Below are positions 32,401 through 43,015 of a stretch of DNA of 64,000 nt, in pieces (the first letter of the stretch is position 1; each line of letters opens with the position of its first letter). The notes under the pieces are model-generated. The model searched no databases. It had not been told where the DNA came from and worked only from the letters and a program-made list of their open reading frames with translations. Source of the stretch: Pelomyxa schiedti (lineage: Eukaryota; Protista; Evosea); assembly GCA_020536535.1 (NCBI GenBank), contig JAHLWZ010000859.1, forward strand, positions 1-64,000, given 5' to 3'. The position numbers and the translations under genes were made by a program.

Positions 32401-34808
32401 TACGATGCTCTTTTGAGACGTGCACAGGAGTTCCGAAGTCATTACAGACATAATGTGGATGAAACAGCCCCAGCTTTAGTAGAACACATCTCCCGCCTTC
32501 AGGTGGGAAGTGGCACAGCCTTGGGTCCTGCACTGGTTATGGCTGTAGGCTTGTGTGAAGGGTACCAAGCATCAAGGATTATCCTCTGTACAGATGGCCT
32601 TGCAAACGTTGGTGTTGGATCAATGGAAGATACTGGTGTGTACTCTGTTGCAGAAGAGGTGGAATTGGATCTCGTTTTTATTGTGGATTGTACTGGAAGG
32701 TATATCTTACACCGGCCTTTGTGTACACTAACACTGCTAAGCATGGGGTCTTATATTGCAGAAGCCCAAAAGAATATTAAACTCATCATTGATAAGATTA
32801 TATCATCCGAAAAAGCAAACGTTCGAGTGGCCTTTGTTTCTTACAGGGATCACCCGCCGCAGGACACATGTAATTTCTTTCTCCCCCTTCCCCTCTAACC
32901 CTTCTACAGCCTACATTACTCACCTGGATGATTTTACCTCCTCTTTGACTGAAATGAAGCGGGCCGTTGATGGAATGTCTGCAAGTGGTGGTGGTGATAC
33001 ACCCGAAGCTGTAGCAACAGCTTTGCGAGATGCTGCCAAACTTAAGTACCGACCTAGTGCAACTAAGGTGGCAGTTCTTATTACCGATGCCCCTCCGCAC
33101 GGATTGGGAGTATCTGGAGATGGTTTCCCCAAGGGGGAACCGAATGGAGTTGATCCCCTCTCAGCTGTTGACCAGATGGCCGCTCAAGGAATTGCACTCT
33201 ACTCAGTTGGCTGCCAACCTGCCATTGGCCAGTACTTATACACAATTGGGTTTATGCGTGCAATTGCTGCTCGTGCCAATGGCAAGTACGTTCCTCTGGA
33301 AGATGCCTCCCTTTTGAGCAATGTTATTATTGGTGGTTGCCGTGAAGAGCTGAGCCTCTACCGTAACGCCCTCACCATATTGGACTCAATGAAGGCCAAT
33401 GGTGGTAGTGCAGCCAAGGCGGTCGAGGTTCTTAATGCAAGCGGGACCAGAATTACTACTCTGAAGTTTGCTGATCCTGATATGGAGAAATTTTCTTCCG
33501 AAGTGGCAACAATCGTATCTGCTGCTGATCTTCCAGCTGCCATGCGAGAACTCTCTAAACGGAGACGATCTCCCATACCGTCAGCAGTCAAGGCTGGCGT
33601 CACTGTTGCAGGTTTCATTCATATCACTCCATTTACCTTGTTCTTACTGTGAAAAGAGGGAAGCCCACTTACAGCAGATCATGTTTTGCGGGTGGTGAAA
33701 AAGTACGGAAGCAAGTATGATCAACTTGTACAGGCTGTACGCGATATAGAGGCAAAGAGGCTGGCTCGACAAGAAAGTTCCACTCAGGATGCAGATGTAT
33801 TCTACAGACGGGTGGCCATGGCTGCCAGAGCAGCTGGAAGTACAGTTTCTGTGCTCACAATGGAGGGTGAGGATTGCAAGCTTGAAAATCTTGGCGTGGT
33901 TGCCGACGCCACCAACGGGCAGGTTGTCTCTTGCCCTTGTCACCCGCCCCGCATTCCTTCCTCTAAGAAACAACAACTAGGTGGATGTTGTGGACCCCGT
34001 CAAGCTGCAGGAGAAAGCCGAGCAGCTTCTCCGCCGAGAAGCCAAAGCCATCGAAACCAAGATCGCCGTCCACTTTGGCAAGCACGTCGCGTTCCTCGCC
34101 GAGCCGACCGACGTCGTGACGCCGTTCGCGGTCTCCCGCGAGCTGGGCATCGTCACCAACGACGCCGACATCACCTTCGCCTACGGGCCCACGGAGACCG
34201 CCACCACGACGCTGCGCGCGGTGTCGGCGACCTCCGGGGAGCCGCCGGAGGACATGGTCGACCTGCCGTTCCAGGTCGTGCTCGAGTGGACCGACCCCAA
34301 GACGGCGACCAAGAGCATCAGGGCGCTTTCGGCCCGCCGCGACTTCGCGTGGGACCGCGGCCGCTGCGAGGCGTACATCGACAGCGCCACGGTGGCCGTG
34401 CGCGCGATCCACGCGAGCGCGGCCATGGCGCAGCAGGGCAAGTACACCGACGCCAGGATCAACCTCGTGTCGACCCTGCGGCTGCTGCAGCGCACGCTGA
34501 CGCTGGAGCAGCACTCGAGGGACTACATGTCTTTCGTTGTGCAAGCGGAAAAGCTGGACGGCTTCATGCGTGAGGCCATTGCTGCTGAGCAAGTAAGGCA
34601 GACAACAACTGGAGACCGCAGCAAAACAAGGGATGATGACGCCAGCAAGGTAAACAACTAAACCACACCTAAACTACCAAAACAACACCAACAACAAAAA
34701 TAACTGCAGCACCACGCCTTTCCTAACGTCCACTATCTCACCATTCCTTAACAGGCCATGTACCAAATGAAAGCAGTCAGCTTGAAGGCATTCCAGAACC
34801 GAACGTAA
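29498..34808 (+). CDS. Chimeric protein of about 1500 aa: N-terminal region + Pro10 + full-length divergent actin + Sec23/24-type Zn finger + VWA (with nested second VWA) + beta-sandwich/helical C-terminus (cpRas1-like scaffold)
   Basis: Sixteen short introns splice in frame. There is no stop after actin ([13 protein letters not shown], continuous in ORF 31082-32176). Motifs are CSNC/CEFC, DVSG|[17 protein letters not shown]|[17 protein letters not shown] and [19 protein letters not shown]|VDVVDP. TAA at 34806-34808. Confidence 0.88.
30134..31603 (+). other. Actin domain inside the fusion gene (8 introns)
   Basis: [30 protein letters not shown]...[22 protein letters not shown]...[11 protein letters not shown]...[23 protein letters not shown]...[11 protein letters not shown]. 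Confidence 0.95.
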
Positions 34809-34957
34809 CCAGACCCCATAGCAGCAGAAAAAAAAACTTGTTGTCATTGTCTCACTTAATTCTGTTATTCGTTTTTTCGTTTGCAAACGGTGGCTTCCTG
34901 TTTCCATTAAAAACCACAGTCATCAAACCCCCGGCAGCTACAGACAGGCGTCCATCG

Positions 34958-37698
34958 ATGTCCACTCCTCCCGAGTACGATCTCGAAGCCGGGGTGCCCT
35001 ACGACGTGCCGTCACACGGCGTGAATGCCACGGGCAAGAAGCAACAGCCGACGCCAACGCGGGCGCGGAAGACCGCCACGTCGGGTGCCAAGCGAGCGGG
35101 GCGGGTGCACCAGAACCACGGGCAGGCGGCGGCGGCGCAGCACGGGGGGAGGTGGAGGAGCCACGCCGCCGCCGCCAACAACGACGGCGAGGGCGACGCG
35201 GGGGGGGAGGGGTGCTATAGAAAGCCAGGGAGGTTCTTGTTTGGGTTCGTGCTGCTGGCCCTCGTGCTGTTCTTGCTGGTGGCGTGGTCCAGTTAGTACT
35301 ATTTTCCCTCCCATCTTTCCTTATTCTCTCTCTCTCTCTCTCTCGATGCATCTAAATATGATGTTCTCGTTCTAACCCTGCCTTTTTTTTTTTTTTTTTT
35401 TTAATTATTTGTTTTTGTACTTTTTGGGTCCTTTTTCAAGGAGGGAGAGTTGGGGATACACCTACTGTAAATGTGATTCTGGGACCACCCGCTGCCCTGG
35501 TCACTGTTTCTAAATCCGAAAAGCAAGGAACCGAGTTACCACTGCCCACACCTCCCGCCGTTGATCCAGACCCCCAAGAGGAGGAACCTGAAGGAGCAGT
35601 ACAGTCTGGAAGATTACCACCAGTGGGTGAGCCCCCAAGGGTTACCCCTCCACCTCCTATTGCTCAACCACCCCCTGTTGCAGTACCTCCCAAGTTATCT
35701 GAGCAAGAAATAGCTAGAATGACACTAATAGAGGAACACCGTGCCTCTGTTGTCAAGGTATATATTCACTTTTATTCCAATGCACAGGGGATAGTTTTGA
35801 ATCTCCCTGTATACAGGGAATGAGAGATGCCTGGGAGGCGTATTCCAGATTTGCTTGGGGTCAAGATGACTTATTGCCTGTAACTCACAGTGGTTCAAGC
35901 TGGCTTCGTATGTTCACCTTCTACAAAAATACACTGATCCAGGTAGATCTTGGTATAACTATTGTTGACTCACTGGATACACTTTGGATTATGGGGATGC
36001 GTGATGAATTTAAAAAGGCTCGAGAATGGGTGGCCAACAACCTTGATTTAAGTGTATGCCTGTTAATCAGTGTAGGCAAAAGTAACAACAGTCAGCCCTG
36101 GAATGAAGTCTCACTTTTTGAGACAAACATCCGAGCACTTGGTGGCCTTCTTAGTGCTTATGATCTCAGCAAAGATGATCTCTTTCTCACTAAAGCTCAG
36201 GACCTTGCTCACCGCTTTTTACCGGCATTTGACTCGCCAACAGGAATACCATATACCTCCATCAATTTACGCAGGTTTTTTTTGGCATTCCTTTCCCACA
36301 TGCACTCATATCTTACAGTGGGAGTGCCCGCAATCCTGGAAATAATGGCTACACAATTCTGTCAGAAGCCGGTACTCTTCAACTCGAATTTGTATATGCA
36401 GCAAAGCATGCCAAAGACCCAGAACTAAAAACAAAAGTATCTGTTTTTGTTTGTTATTTTTTCTCAGCCCACAACAGGCTCTCAGGGTAATTGATAAAAT
36501 CGAGGCTGCTGAAAAAGTGAATGGGCTATACCCTGTTTACATTCACCCTAGCAATGGACGTTTTGATGAGAGTATAACTCCAAATATATTGGACCAAACA
36601 CAACCATTCAAAAGATTCTCCAATTACTTTGGGTGCCCTTGGCGACAGCTTCTATGAATATCTTTTGAAGCTCTGGCTACTCTTTGGGTAATTTCCCTAA
36701 ATCTTTTTTTTTTTTTTTTTTTGTTTTTGTTTGTACTCATAATGGATGGGGATTAATATGCAATTAACTTGGTGATTATTTCATTTATCCACCTCTGTCT
36801 TAGTTCATGAATCTTATTTTGTCTTTGTTGGATCTTTATTATTTTCCCATTTGTGTTCAGAGGTCCAGGCACAGAAGGTGACAAATACCGGAAAATATAT
36901 GATGCCGCTATGACAAATGTTGTGGACAAGATGGTTCAGGTCTCATCTCCTAGTGGTCTTACTTACATTGCTGACATGCGATGGTCGTCACTGGACCACA
37001 AAATGGACGAGCTGGTGATTTTTTTGAAATTTGTGTATTGTTTCACTCATCCTAGGCGTGCTTTGCTGGTGGAATGTTTGCTCTTGGTGCTGTGAGACAT
37101 AATTCTACAGAGCACCCCAACCCGAATAGCAACGTCCATTTTAAGTTGGGAAAGGAAATTGGCAGGACGTGCCATGAAATGTGGAAAAGAATGCCGTCAG
37201 GAATTGCACCAGAGTTCGTGGTGTTTTCTCCAGGCTCTGACTTCTCTGCTGGTGCAAGTCACTTCTTGCTGAGACCAGGTTTCCTCTCCTCAAAAACATC
37301 GCAACTTACTCACTCCAGAAACTGCGGAAACATTCTTTATTTTGTGGAGGTTAACTCACGACCCCATTTACCAAGGTACCTTCCTCTGCGTCAGCTGTTT
37401 TCCCTTACTTTCGGCCAGATTGGGGCTGGGAAATATGGCAAGCCATAGACAAACACTGCAGGTGTAATGGCGGTGGATATTCTGGGTTAAGATCAGTGAC
37501 TTCCACCTCCCCGGAAAAGGACAACAATCAGCCAAGCTACTTCTTGGCTGAAACACTCAAAGTACCACCTTCCACGTTTTCACAACAGCTAACATTCCCC
37601 TCCAGTACCTATACCTGCTTTTCTCACCAGACGACGTAATACCCCTGGACAAGTACGTTTTCACAACAGAGGCCCACCCACTATCCATTTTCCAATGA
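34958..37698 (+). CDS. Class I alpha-1,2-mannosidase (GH47), type II membrane protein
   Basis: [21 protein letters not shown], a Pro-rich stem, [74 protein letters not shown] and FTTEAHP. Confidence 0.95.
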
Positions 37699-37752
37699 TT
37701 GTTTTGTGGGAGTAAAGAGCCCCCAAAAAAGGATTCTTGGTTCTTTTCAGTC

Positions 37753-38813
37753 TTAGCCTTCTAAATGTGTAACCTCCATCAACATGTAACGCTCCACGTT
37801 GTTCTGGTTGGTTTCCACACCCAAGCAGTTGCCATGTGTTTGCGCCACGATCTGCCACACATTCAATTCCTCTGTTCCGTCAACAGATACCGCGGCGCAG
37901 ATGATAGATGCTGATTGCGTGTATCCGGAAGCGTGTTGCGCAAACTCAGAGGTTCCAGTTCCGACGATGCCTTGTCTGCTCGAGTCTAGTCTAGACGTGT
38001 ACCTGTCACAATAAATCCCAGGTACCCTTATCTTGATATAATACTTTCCCTTGGGAATAACAACTCCACCCGCTGGCCATACAAAAAAACAAGTTAGTGA
38101 GTGCCTTTGTGTAAACAAGATAATGCCACAAACGAGCAAAGCGAAAGGTAGGGTAGTGACAACAAATTACCTTGCAGAGACAAGTTGATGCCGCTATCAA
38201 ACAGCACGTTTGTGAACTTTCTAACAAACCACGCGTTGATTGTGGTGGTGCCAATGCTATGTCCCTTTGGCCTCTCTTCAGCTACAACAGCAATTCTTGG
38301 TCCGGCCATCCCTATCTTGGCCGTAAGGGCCTGCACGGTTTCCTCAAGCAGCGAGACCCTGAGCCTCAGCCCGAGCACCTCGGTGGTGGGATCGCTCTGG
38401 CATTCAGGCTCCAGCACGATCGCGAATCCCATGCCACAAAGCCGGAAGCAGAACAAATCCGTGTCGCGGGGCGACACTGGCTTGGACGTAACGCCGCTCA
38501 CGGCACACTGCCGGAGCTCGAATTTCCCGGCTTGGATGGCGGCAAAGGCATCCTCCACGTCCCTATCAGAGAACGACGAATCCAGGAGGGAGCTCCCTGC
38601 GGAGGCCGTAAGGGCCCCTCGGAAAGAAGGAGGCGAAGTCGTGGGGCACGTGCAAGCAACCACGAGGGAGGTTGGGCCCGACGTGGTGAGGGAGGCCTCG
38701 AGGTAGACCTTATGCCGGCCGTCGATGGTGGCGACAGGGGCGGGGCTACGGTGTGTCACGGCAACCGTCCTCTTAGCTGGGGTGGTAGATTCGGTCGATC
38801 CCAGCATATACAT
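37753..38813 (-). CDS. Two-exon protein: N-terminal domain, short coiled coil, and a C-terminal domain resembling C1q/TNF-like phage tail-fibre modules
   Basis: ATG 38813; intron CAAG|gtaatt...ggccag|CG joins ORFs 38094-39008 and 37753-38139. The C-terminus reads IAVVAEERPKG...WFVRKFTNVLFDSG...IPKGKYYIKIRVPG...GTSE...ERYMLMEVTHL. Confidence 0.7.
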
Positions 38814-38879
38814 TTCTTCCTTCTTTAAAATGGTTGTGAAAAACAACTTGGCTCCGCGGAAACCGAAACGGAACCAGAC

Positions 38880-38921
38880 CAACTTGTGGATTCCATGCAC
38901 CGGAATGGAATCCACAAGTTG
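38880..38921. repeat. Perfect 17-bp inverted repeat with an 8-nt spacer
   Basis: CAACTTGTGGATTCCAT gcaccgga ATGGAATCCACAAGTTG. Confidence 0.95.
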
Positions 38922-39262
38922 ATCACCTCGGCACCGATATAAAGGATCGTGCCGAGAACACGGCGAAATCCACGACGGCGTCGCCGAACGTCGTTCACCA
39001 CGGAACACCGCACCTGGCCTATTCGCGCAGCTTTGTGCCAGACTTTCCTTGGGTCAGTGCTCAATCTGAAGAGGTCGTACCGCTGCACTGTCGGCGCCTC
39101 ACCTACTGCAATATCTCGAGGCAGAGAAACGCCACTATTGTCGCATGTGCACCTGTTGGTTAGGTTTTTTTGTTTTGGGACATGGGTGACGGATTTCTGT
39201 TAAACTTCAAAGCTTCTCCAAGGTCCTTTCGCAGATTTGCAGTTCAACCCAAGGACGTTCCC

Positions 39263-39936
39263 ATGGAGGGCAGAGTGAGTTTGGTTGTGTTGGGTGACGC
39301 AGCCGTGGGCAAATCCGCTTTGGTGGTGCAGTTTCATCAGAAGTTTTTCATCAACGGTTGGCTTCTCACCTGGAAACTTCCGAAAGTGCACTCATTTGTT
39401 TTTCTCCTGCAGTTTATGAGCCAACCATCGAGGCCTCCTATCTCCACTATGAGGAACAGGATGGGAAACGCATTTCCATTTCCCTCTTGGACACTGGTTT
39501 GACTCAATTCCTTGCCTGACTGTATTTAATGCATACAGCGGGAGATTGGGCCGACATGCGTGAAGCATACTGCCGCAACGGTGATGCTTTCCTTCTTGTT
39601 TACTCCATTACCTCTCGCCAATCATTTGAACGTGTGAACAACTTCAGGTACTTCAGGGTCAGCTTTCATTCCCTTCTTAATAACACCTTCTGAACCAAAA
39701 GGGAAACAATTCAGAGAGTGAAGGGAGCTGGCAAAGTGCCCATGGTACTATGCGGAAATAAAAGAGACCTGGAACAAGACAGAGCTGTGTCAAGGCAGGA
39801 GGGAATGAACCTTGCACAGTCATTTGGTTGCCCGTTTGTTGAAACATCTGCACAGTCTATCTCTGATGCTCAAGGGGTCTTTCTCCTTCTGCTCAATGAA
39901 CAGCGTCAAAACAAACTTAGAGAATCTACTGACTGA
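39263..39936 (+). CDS. Atypical Ras-family small GTPase without a CAAX motif
   Basis: GDAAVGKS, YEPTIEASY, LLDT|AGDW, FLLVYSITSRQSF, LCGNKRDL and ETSAQ; three GT-AG introns; ends KLRESTD*. Confidence 0.9.
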
Positions 39937-40051
39937 CACCATAATAAGCAAAACTCCACTCACAAGGGACAAGACTGCATTTAAAGATAATAAGATAATG
40001 CATCCCTTTTCCTACTACAGTTTGTTTGCTTTTTGTAGGGTCAGAGTAGGT

Positions 40052-42742
40052 TTATGGTGGAGGGGGCCGGTAGTCATTGACCATGACAATGTATAGGGCT
40101 CCTTGGAGTGGGTGGGTGGATTTAATGAGTTGTTGCTTTGAGACGGAGGGATAGAAAGAAAAGGAAGAATACCTGTCCACATGTAGTTGTACGCGCCAAG
40201 GCCTTCTTCCGTGAGTGGGTTGTAGTACTCCCGCGGAGTAGGGCCACTGCCAACAATGGAGATGCTTCGCTCTTGTAAGTCATCAGCCTCTTCCTCAAAG
40301 CCATATCGCTCCAGTCCAACGATGGTAAGCCAATTAATATTTATCCATGTGGGTCCCCTCCTGTTGAGGTTTAGTAATTCGGTGCAGTTTGTTTCGTTTT
40401 TACATACCAGTAATTAGAGGGATCGAAGGTTGGCTCAGTGGCAGCAACAACAGGCATTGGATACGGGAGCCAGAGACTAATTTCGAGGGTTGGATGAGAA
40501 AAACCTGAGCTAGGCACACCTTGAAGAATTCTTCATTACAACCAACTGTGATTGACATTGATCTACTGTTGCCACTCCTGCTAGCATTGACCAAAATGAA
40601 GCAGGTGTTACAACAGTATACAACTCCTTAGTCTATTTTGTTATGGGTTGGGGTTTCCTCTTTGTCAATTTGGACATGCATTTGGATTTCGGTCAAAGAA
40701 TAAGCCCATATTCTCATCCCAAAGATTCTGCTGGACGGTTTCCGAAGTAAGATCCCATTTTGATAGCCATTTACTTGCATCATCTGAGAGATTCAGTAGG
40801 GAGGCCATTTCGGAAAGTGCTTTTTGGTCAAGACCAAGCCTGCAGGGTGCTGAATGGCTCCTATACTTGGGGAGATACATACCAACAATTTAGATCTATG
40901 GCTTCAACGATACCATTGTCCCAGCGAGGGCTAGTGTCCCACCCAGAGTCGGTCCCTTCCCACTGACAAAGATTTGTGCCTTGATAGTCGCGGTTTTGAT
41001 AAAACCTGTTGTTTTTATTATTGACCCTCTTTTCATCGTTAAGAGAAGGAATAAGCACCATTCATTATTAGCAGCAAGTGCCGGATATATCTATTTGAAG
41101 TGAGACGCAGTGTAGGATGTAACTGTATCAGTGGCATACTGTTCTGATAAATTCGATGTCTTGGGTTTTTTTATACAACTCCAGGGATGCCCAAGTTAAA
41201 ATACCTTATTTCATCTTTAGTAAGAGAGAGTTTTGTGTGGTTATTAACAACCTGGTGGTTGAACATCTGGCCCAACAACACCAACCCATACTTCGCGGGG
41301 AAGATGTCCAACTTGCGCACTGGCATTTGTAAGGACAATTATCTTGATGATAGTCAGATGTTGCGCAATGCTAAGTAAAATACTTGATTTTTTGCTAGTT
41401 GCAGAGCATTCTCACCTCCCAAGAGCAATGCAAATACGTGGAACCCTGTATCCCAGAGCCAAACACCCCGGCCATAGGTTGATTTACTTGGAGTGACTAT
41501 GTCTCGTACCCAATACCCATCAGCATGCTCTTTTTTTTTAGCAAATCAATCAAATGAAAAAAAATGTTGTTATTAAATCACTGAGGATCTTAGATACCTG
41601 TATTGTACCAGAATTGAAACCAGGCAGTGTAGTATGTGATAAGGTCATTTTCTGCCTCCAGATCAGGTATTTCCACTTCATCTAACCACAGGTCTATTGT
41701 GGCTGTTGTGTCATCGATGGCCTGTGAAAAAGTTGGGCGAGCAATGCAAAAACGGAATTACTTTCTGATCAATTGGAAAGGAAAGAGATGGACTCGAAAT
41801 AGCGGCAACAAGGCTACGCTGCTCACCTGGCCCAAGTACGAGGGAGAAGGTATACTCATTCCCATTAATTGTGGCACTATTGTAGAAGTCAAGGCCAACA
41901 GCAAATGTTTTTTCGAGAACTTCAGCAGGCTCACCCCAGGGGTTCGACAGTCGAGCAGTTATGTTAACCTGTCGAACTATCATGAACTTGCCAACTAGGT
42001 TCCCAAGTACCTGAACTCCAGTGGACGAGGCAGATATCACAGGATTTGCGGCAAAGTCAACTTGACCAAAAAAATCTACAGTAATAGGAGCCGTGCTAAG
42101 AGACGTTAAGGTAATCCACGCAACTGCTGTTTCAGAGTCAAGGTAGGCAACTTGTTCTGCAACCTTACTTTTCTTGGAACAACGATTTAGAAAGAGGCAA
42201 GTACTTGCAGGTCATATTCAGTGAAGTACGCATTTATCGTAATGTAGTCTGGTCTCCACATGTAGTAGTCCAACTGAGAGGGCCCATTTCCTTCGACAAG
42301 CACATCGAGCACACTGGACACTGGTTACGTCACTAAGATAGTAATGGAATCACCTGTGGAACATGGGCCGCCTCTCTGACCAATCAGAAAATTGTCTATA
42401 GTTGAGAGCCCTTTGGAATTGTAAGCTCACAAATTAGCAGCACTAAGGAAGCAAAAGGCGTAACAAAAAGAAGGGAAAATACCCCAATCCGGGGGAGAAA
42501 GGATCAAAATTAAGGTAGTGATGGGCACCAGAATAACTTATGGTGTACACGTCGTCCACAGCCAAATCGCCACAATGCAGAGGTGCACTCACAGCCGCAT
42601 TTTTGGGCGTTTTGCTTTGGCCTAGAGTCGACACTTTCGAAGCAGAAGAGCCCCAAGAGGTAACGGCACACAAGAGAACAATAACAACGACCAAGTAACC
42701 TCCAAACGTGCGAGATCTCGCTGTCAAGAATCCGGCGGCCAT
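40052..42742 (-). CDS. Secreted (alpha/alpha)6 glycoside hydrolase, GH63/MGH1-like
   Basis: Signal-like N-terminus, VTPSKSTYGRGVWLWDTGFH, WEGTDSGWDTSPRWD..EAIDLNCW, RGPTWININWLTIVGLERYG, EYYNP and YNYMWTG. Confidence 0.82.
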
Positions 42743-43015
42743 TGCGTGCCCAGCCGAACGGTTCGTTTTGTTGTTTTTTAACCGACAAGGCTTGACTAAC
42801 TTCTCATTGTTTCTCAGGATGGAACTGGCGGCGTGACACCTCCGAGATCTTCGCCTGGGAATGCTGCCCAGCCAGGGACTTGATGGCTGTGATCTGATGG
42901 TTTTTGTTTTTGAAGGTTTCAGAGTTGGAAAAAACAAAAGGGAAAAAAGAAAAAACCAACAAACACAGGCAGGTACGCGGTGTGTTGGGGCGACCGTAAT
43001 TACGACAACAAAGAC

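Noticed and set aside
38770-39130. RNase P/MRP RNA suggested by minus-strand GGAAAGTCTGG following a hairpin
   Set aside because: The only candidate CR-V partner falls inside the neighbouring CDS, and the other conserved regions could not be identified.
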